Shown here one piece after another: positions 8,880-13,160 of a DNA stretch of 13,160 nucleotides. The notes below the pieces were generated by a model that saw nothing but the letters and a program-made list of their open reading frames with translations, had not been told where the DNA came from and ran no database searches. The DNA comes from Methanobacteriaceae archaeon (GTDB lineage: Archaea > Methanobacteriota > Methanobacteria > Methanobacteriales > Methanobacteriaceae), in contig PWMT01000162.1 of assembly GCA_003558085.1 (NCBI GenBank), positions 1 through 13,160 on the forward strand, written 5' to 3'. The position numbers and the translations under genes were made by a program. Within the stretch, counting starts at the first letter, position 1; each line of letters begins with the position of its first letter.

Positions 8880-10253
8880 CTATAATTTATAATTTTCTGC
8901 AATATCTTTTACTACCCTATTTTTCTTGGATATAGCTTTAAATGCGGCTTTTTCAACTTTTTCTTTCATTATTTCAAAGTCTTGAGGGGTTTTTTCTCCA
9001 ACAAGCTTTTTTATTTTAGTGTAAGCTGCTTCTCTAAAAAGAGGAGTTATAACTTCTGCACTGCCATCTTCTTTTATTAAGCGGGGAACTCCACTTTTAT
9101 CCACCATGCCTATTTCCTCAACTTTCACCCCTACTTCTTCTATTACCTTTTTAGATTCTTTTGCAACGTTTTCAGGCGCAATTATCATTAAAGAATCAAC
9201 TGAAACTCCCAGAGGATCTATATTCAAGTTTTCCAGCATATGCAATACTTTAGGATTGATCATTTTTCGAATTTTTGGGTAAGAAAGTTCCATTCCTAAA
9301 CCGGTAGTGGTGGAAATTTCATGTACATCCCCTCTTAGTCCCCCATTGGTCACATCAGTCATAGCATGTATCTGGGGTAGTAGATCAGCATGCATAATGG
9401 CCTCTGATGCTAATATAAAATCTATATCCATGGTTTCTTTCACCACGTCAAATAGTCCATGATAGATTGCAGTGGTGGTTATGGTACCCCCACCAGATCC
9501 TTCAGTTAACAAAATGACATCACCTGATTCAGCACGTTTTCTTGCAGTAGGAGGATGAGGGGATACACCAATAGCTCCTACTGCACTTACTAAACGATCA
9601 CCTAATACCATGTCGCCTCCGACTCGCAGTGTGCTGCCTGCTACAATAGGTACCTTTATCAATTCAGATACTGTGGCTACCCCTGCGGTAAAATCAAATA
9701 ATTTACCTACATCCCCATCATCAGCTAAATGTAGATCACTTATAATTGCTACTGGATCAGATCCCATGACACATACATCCCTCAGGGCTGCTCTGGCAAC
9801 ATGAAAACCGCCTAAAAAAGGGTATTCGCTTAATCTAGAATGAATTCCATCGATTGCTGTGGTAACAAATATTTTATTTCCCTTGGAATCAACTTCCACT
9901 ACCCCACCATCATCTTGGGCAGCGGGATTTATGAAGGCGGATGTTTTGGTACTGGAAACTATATCTGCTATTTTTCTATGTACAAAAAAGTCACCTGCAC
10001 CACGAGATCCAACACCCATCTCACCCATGGCAATATCTGCACTATTAAATTCCAGCATTTCCTTTAAAAATTTATCATCAAGGTCCTGAACTGCTAAGGT
10101 GTTTTTAACTTCTTCTATTACAGCTTCAGCCATTATAGTAGCATTTTTAGAATTAAGGGATTTATATTCCCTTATTCTCTCAGATAAGACTTCTTTAATA
10201 ATTTTTTGATCCTCAAAACCGATTTTATGCCTTACAAAACCTTCAATATCCAT
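8880..10253 (-). CDS. AIR synthase-related protein (PurM/HypE/ThiL fold), function unassigned
   Basis: GEMGVGSRGAGD, QDDGGVV, AIDGIHSRLS, RDVCVMG, AGSTLRVGGD, GDVILLTEG and HAMTDVTNGGL (PurM-superfamily DxTxGG motif), with helical N- and C-terminal extensions. GGTGA RBS. Confidence 0.85.
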   Translation of the reverse strand: MDIEGFVRHKIGFEDQKIIKEVLSERIREYKSLNSKNATIMAEAVIEEVKNTLAVQDLDDKFLKEMLEFNSADIAMGEMGVGSRGAGDFFVHRKIADIVSSTKTSAFINPAAQDDGGVVEVDSKGNKIFVTTAIDGIHSRLSEYPFLGGFHVARAALRDVCVMGSDPVAIISDLHLADDGDVGKLFDFTAGVATVSELIKVPIVAGSTLRVGGDMVLGDRLVSAVGAIGVSPHPPTARKRAESGDVILLTEGSGGGTITTTAIYHGLFDVVKETMDIDFILASEAIMHADLLPQIHAMTDVTNGGLRGDVHEISTTTGLGMELSYPKIRKMINPKVLHMLENLNIDPLGVSVDSLMIIAPENVAKESKKVIEEVGVKVEEIGMVDKSGVPRLIKEDGSAEVITPLFREAAYTKIKKLVGEKTPQDFEIMKEKVEKAAFKAISKKNRVVKDIAENYKL

Positions 10254-10392
10254 TTAATCACCGTTGATTATGAAAAGTTATTAAATATTCTTAATCATAC
10301 CTATTGTTAGCTATTATAAGATTGAATATTATTAATGGTAATCTTTTATAAGTTAATATTATATAATATTTTTGTAATAATCAGATAGGCCT

Positions 10393-10409
10393 AAAAACTA
10401 TTAAAAAAA
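10393..10409 (-). terminator. Possible oligo-T terminator downstream of hisH
   Basis: Minus-strand TTTTTTTAATAGTTTTT about 25 nt after the hisH stop. Confidence 0.35.
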
Positions 10410-10432
10410 TGAGTATATTAAATTTGATTTCC

Positions 10433-11029
10433 CTATCCTAAAAAATCCACAAAATTCTTTAGAATATTTAAACCAACTTTCCCGCTCTTTTCAGGATGAA
10501 ATTGTGTAGCAAAAATATTATCTTTGCACAGTACTGCTGGTATATCTATACCATAATCACAAACTGCAGCTATTATATTTCTCTCTTGAGGCAGCACATA
10601 ATAAGAATGTACAAAATAAAAATATTCAGAACCAATACCATCTAAAAGTGGACAATTTTTACTTATTCTTAATTGATTCCATCCCATGTGAGGTATTTTT
10701 TTACCAGGAGGTAGACGTATTACCTCCCCTGGGAATACATCCAATCCAGGGACCTCAGCTGTTTCCGCACTCTGGGAAAAAAGAAGATGTAATCCTAAGC
10801 AAATACCTAAAAATGGTTTTCCAGATTCGATATGTTGAATAATGAGTTCCTGATACTGCTTTAGATTGTGCATGGCGTTTCCAAATGCACCTACTCCTGG
10901 TAAAATCAAAGCATTGGCCTCTTCTATTTCTTGTGCTTGATCTGTCACTAGTACCTCAGCCCCAATTTTAGAAAACCCATTTTTTAAACTTTGCAAATTA
11001 CCGCTGCCATAATTAATTATAGTTATCAT
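10433..11029 (-). CDS. hisH: Imidazole glycerol phosphate synthase glutaminase subunit
   Basis: INYGSGNL.S, LPGVGAF, GICLG (catalytic Cys77), PHMGWN, YFVHSY and QFHPEKSG (His-Glu of the catalytic triad). Confidence 0.95.
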   Translation of the reverse strand: MITIINYGSGNLQSLKNGFSKIGAEVLVTDQAQEIEEANALILPGVGAFGNAMHNLKQYQELIIQHIESGKPFLGICLGLHLLFSQSAETAEVPGLDVFPGEVIRLPPGKKIPHMGWNQLRISKNCPLLDGIGSEYFYFVHSYYVLPQERNIIAAVCDYGIDIPAVLCKDNIFATQFHPEKSGKVGLNILKNFVDFLG

Positions 11030-11079
11030 TATATCAAAATTATTGGGAAATTAGTAATCTAAAGATTTTGGGGTATTGT

Positions 11080-12081
11080 TTAACGAGTATAATAATCTTT
11101 GATACGTACCGTATCCTCTAAATGGGGTGTTGAAATTTCATGCAGTACTGTATTTTCCAGGGCTACGATAGAATGATGTTTTTCTGGTTCAATACGTACG
11201 GTGTCATTTTTAGCAAAGTAATGTTTAACATCTTCAAATTCAATATACCCCGCACCATTAACAATGTACATGGTTTCATCTTTTTGATTATGGTAATGAA
11301 AAGAAGTTTGATAACCTTCTTTAATAAATAATTCCTTGGTTAAATATTTATCTGTATTAATTAGAATTTTCTCATAACCCCAGGGCTTATCCACCCTATA
11401 TTTATATTCTTTACGGATTTCCTCCAGTTCTTTGGAAGTATCAATAGCCATCCAAAAAAGACCATCCTCCTTATAATATCCCAGTTTATTTTCTTTAGCC
11501 ATCATAGGAAAGACAGTTTTTTCAATATCACCCACATCAAAATCCCCATAATCAAGAGAACCTTTAGAAAAATAAACCCCACCATTAATATAATAATCCA
11601 AAATAGGCTTTTCCTTAAATGAAACTAAACGATCACCATTTATCTCCACAATACCATAAGGAGACTGCATTTTCGTTATAAAAATAGATAAAAGATAATC
11701 AGAAAGTTCTCCCAGATAAATCATCTTTCTTAAATTCAAATCAGCCACTACATCCCCATTACGAATTATACATTGCTCATTACCTATAGCATCCATACCT
11801 AATTTAATAGCATTTAAAGTACCTAAAGGTTCTTCCTCAACAAGATATTCAATCCTAACTCCATTATATTCCTTACCATATCTCTCCTCAATTTTATCAC
11901 TTAGAAAACCAGTTAAAAGAATAACATGTTCCACACCAGCATTTTTAAAATCAAATAATTGCTTATCCAAAATAGTATATCCCTTTTTAATTTCCACCAA
12001 CGGTTTAGGAATTGTATCAGTTAGAGGACGTAATCTTTTACCATAACCCCCACAAAGAATCATGCCCATAGTATTGCTCAT
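11080..12081 (-). CDS. Sugar-phosphate nucleotidyltransferase fused to a C-terminal cupin domain
   Basis: [34 protein letters not shown] and INGGVY make up the NTP-transferase domain. The C-terminal KPWG..TSFHYH..KDETMY..HHSI..LHEISTP is a cupin similar to type II PMI C-termini. AGGTGA RBS. Confidence 0.88.
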   Translation of the reverse strand: MSNTMGMILCGGYGKRLRPLTDTIPKPLVEIKKGYTILDKQLFDFKNAGVEHVILLTGFLSDKIEERYGKEYNGVRIEYLVEEEPLGTLNAIKLGMDAIGNEQCIIRNGDVVADLNLRKMIYLGELSDYLLSIFITKMQSPYGIVEINGDRLVSFKEKPILDYYINGGVYFSKGSLDYGDFDVGDIEKTVFPMMAKENKLGYYKEDGLFWMAIDTSKELEEIRKEYKYRVDKPWGYEKILINTDKYLTKELFIKEGYQTSFHYHNQKDETMYIVNGAGYIEFEDVKHYFAKNDTVRIEPEKHHSIVALENTVLHEISTPHLEDTVRIKDYYTR

Positions 12082-12191
12082 TTTATCACCTAATATAAGA
12101 AATGATGTCAGTTAATTCTTTATCTTAAAAATGCTAAGATTATTAATCCTTATATTGCAAGTTATGTAATTCTTTTTATATCATATAATTA

Positions 12192-13160
12192 TTAATCTTT
12201 AATATTAGCTTGTATAAGTTTTTTAATGGCTGTTCCAAAGTCTGATTTAACTATAGAATCGGTTCCTAGTGTTTTTGCATGTGCATCTAATTCAGCAACT
12301 ACTTGATCATAACCCAGTTTTTTTAGAGGTTCCACCAGTCGGGGACCATCAGTGACTGCGACTGATTTTAAATCTAGATTTTCTATAGGAAGAGCATGTG
12401 GTACCCCTGCAATCACTGCAAAATCAACTTCTTCTTGTTTTAATAGTTTAGCAGCTAATTTTGCACTATGAGGATATTCATCTAACCCTCCTGTGCAATA
12501 GTCAATATGTATGCCTTCTTCTTTAAGTTCATTAATTATGTTACGGGCATGTGCTCTTATTCTAGGCAGGCCTATTTTATCATCTAGATTAGCTATTATC
12601 AGAGGAGGATTATTCGGATTTAGGGTGGTGTAATCTATTTTCATAATATCTGCAAAAAGGTAAGAAGTTTCTTTTTTAGCGTTCAATACAATAGCTACTT
12701 TCTTATCATTTTTAATATTATTTAAAAGATCAATAGCTACTTTTTCTTTATCATCACCCCAGGAAGGTGCAATGTATTCTCCTTGAGCCATTCCCCTAGT
12801 TTTTTCCACCTCGGTGGCCATTTTTAACATTTGTATCTGTCTTTCCACTTCTTCATTAGCTAGTACACCCTCTTTTAATGCCGATTCTAAAACCATTATT
12901 GCTCCTTCAGTGTTATCCCCTTCCCCAAAACCACCATGTGCTTCCACACTTAAAACTCTAGCTTTGATATTTGCATTCTGAACAGCTTCTTTAAGGTCTT
13001 CACCAATTATCATGCTGGCACAGGTGCCTACTATTCCCACTAAATCAGGAGAAAACATTTTTTCAACTTTCAGTAAGGTTTTTTCCAATTTTTCTCCCGC
13101 CCCAAATATGAAATCGTTCTCAGACATAGCAGTGGTTACAATTCTAACCCCATCATTTTC
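12192..13160 (-). CDS. cfbD: Ni-sirohydrochlorin a,c-diamide reductive cyclase catalytic subunit (NifD-like, F430 biosynthesis); 5'-truncated by the window edge
   Basis: The frame stays open from 13127 to the window edge ([20 protein letters not shown]). Motifs [47 protein letters not shown] and [10 protein letters not shown] match CfbD/NflD. Confidence 0.92.
   Translation of the reverse strand, partial: ENDGVRIVTTAMSENDFIFGAGEKLEKTLLKVEKMFSPDLVGIVGTCASMIIGEDLKEAVQNANIKARVLSVEAHGGFGEGDNTEGAIMVLESALKEGVLANEEVERQIQMLKMATEVEKTRGMAQGEYIAPSWGDDKEKVAIDLLNNIKNDKKVAIVLNAKKETSYLFADIMKIDYTTLNPNNPPLIIANLDDKIGLPRIRAHARNIINELKEEGIHIDYCTGGLDEYPHSAKLAAKLLKQEEVDFAVIAGVPHALPIENLDLKSVAVTDGPRLVEPLKKLGYDQVVAELDAHAKTLGTDSIVKSDFGTAIKKLIQANIKD

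Noticed and set aside
78..11331. Short ORFs in the track that lie antisense to real genes (78-263, 1377-1649, 2727-2912, 3482-3694, 4003-4215, 4709-4909, 6349-6684, 9610-9804, 9840-10067, 9859-10089, 10648-10842, 11140-11331)
   Set aside because: They overlap well-supported genes on the opposite strand and have no recognisable motifs, so they are shadow ORFs.
11400..12080. Apparent C-poor coding strand in the nucleotidyltransferase domain (possible mosaic origin)
   Set aside because: Judged by eye only, explainable by amino-acid and codon composition, and with no boundary features.
13125..13127. ATG at 13127 as the cfbD start
   Set aside because: The frame is open with conserved-looking sequence up to the window edge, so the true start is outside the window.
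12192..13160. NifD-like protein as evidence of nitrogenase
   Set aside because: The motifs match CfbD/NflD of F430 biosynthesis, and there is no nifK, nifE or nifN downstream.
1..13160. CRISPR arrays, tandem repeats, IS ends, frameshifts or stop-codon recoding
   Set aside because: None seen. All genes are full length apart from the edge-truncated cfbD, and the intergenic gaps are short and non-repetitive.

Overview
AT-rich archaeal chromosomal segment, most consistent with a Methanobacteriaceae (Methanobacterium-like) methanogen: GGTGA/GGAGG ribosome-binding sites, a tRNA without encoded CCA, and F430/F390 cofactor genes. All genes but one are on the minus strand. In transcription order from the right edge: cfbD/nflD (5' end outside the window), a nucleotidyltransferase-cupin fusion, hisH, a PurM/HypE-fold AIR-synthase-related protein, a class III signal peptide (pilin-like) protein, tRNA-Arg(GCG), coenzyme F390 synthetase, truD and the AcnX/phosphomevalonate dehydratase small subunit. 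A plus-strand DUF5518-like membrane protein follows, then a metal-dependent amidohydrolase, the Cu(I) P1B-ATPase copA and a small 2-TM protein. I saw no mobile element, CRISPR array, integrase or defence system, so this looks like core genome and I cannot support a clearly novel system. The best leads are a Tyr in place of the catalytic Asp in the amidohydrolase, the functionally unassigned PurM-fold and NTase-cupin enzymes around hisH and next to cfbD, an orphan pilin-like gene and a perfect 20-bp palindrome after copA. All family calls come from motif recognition, not database searches.
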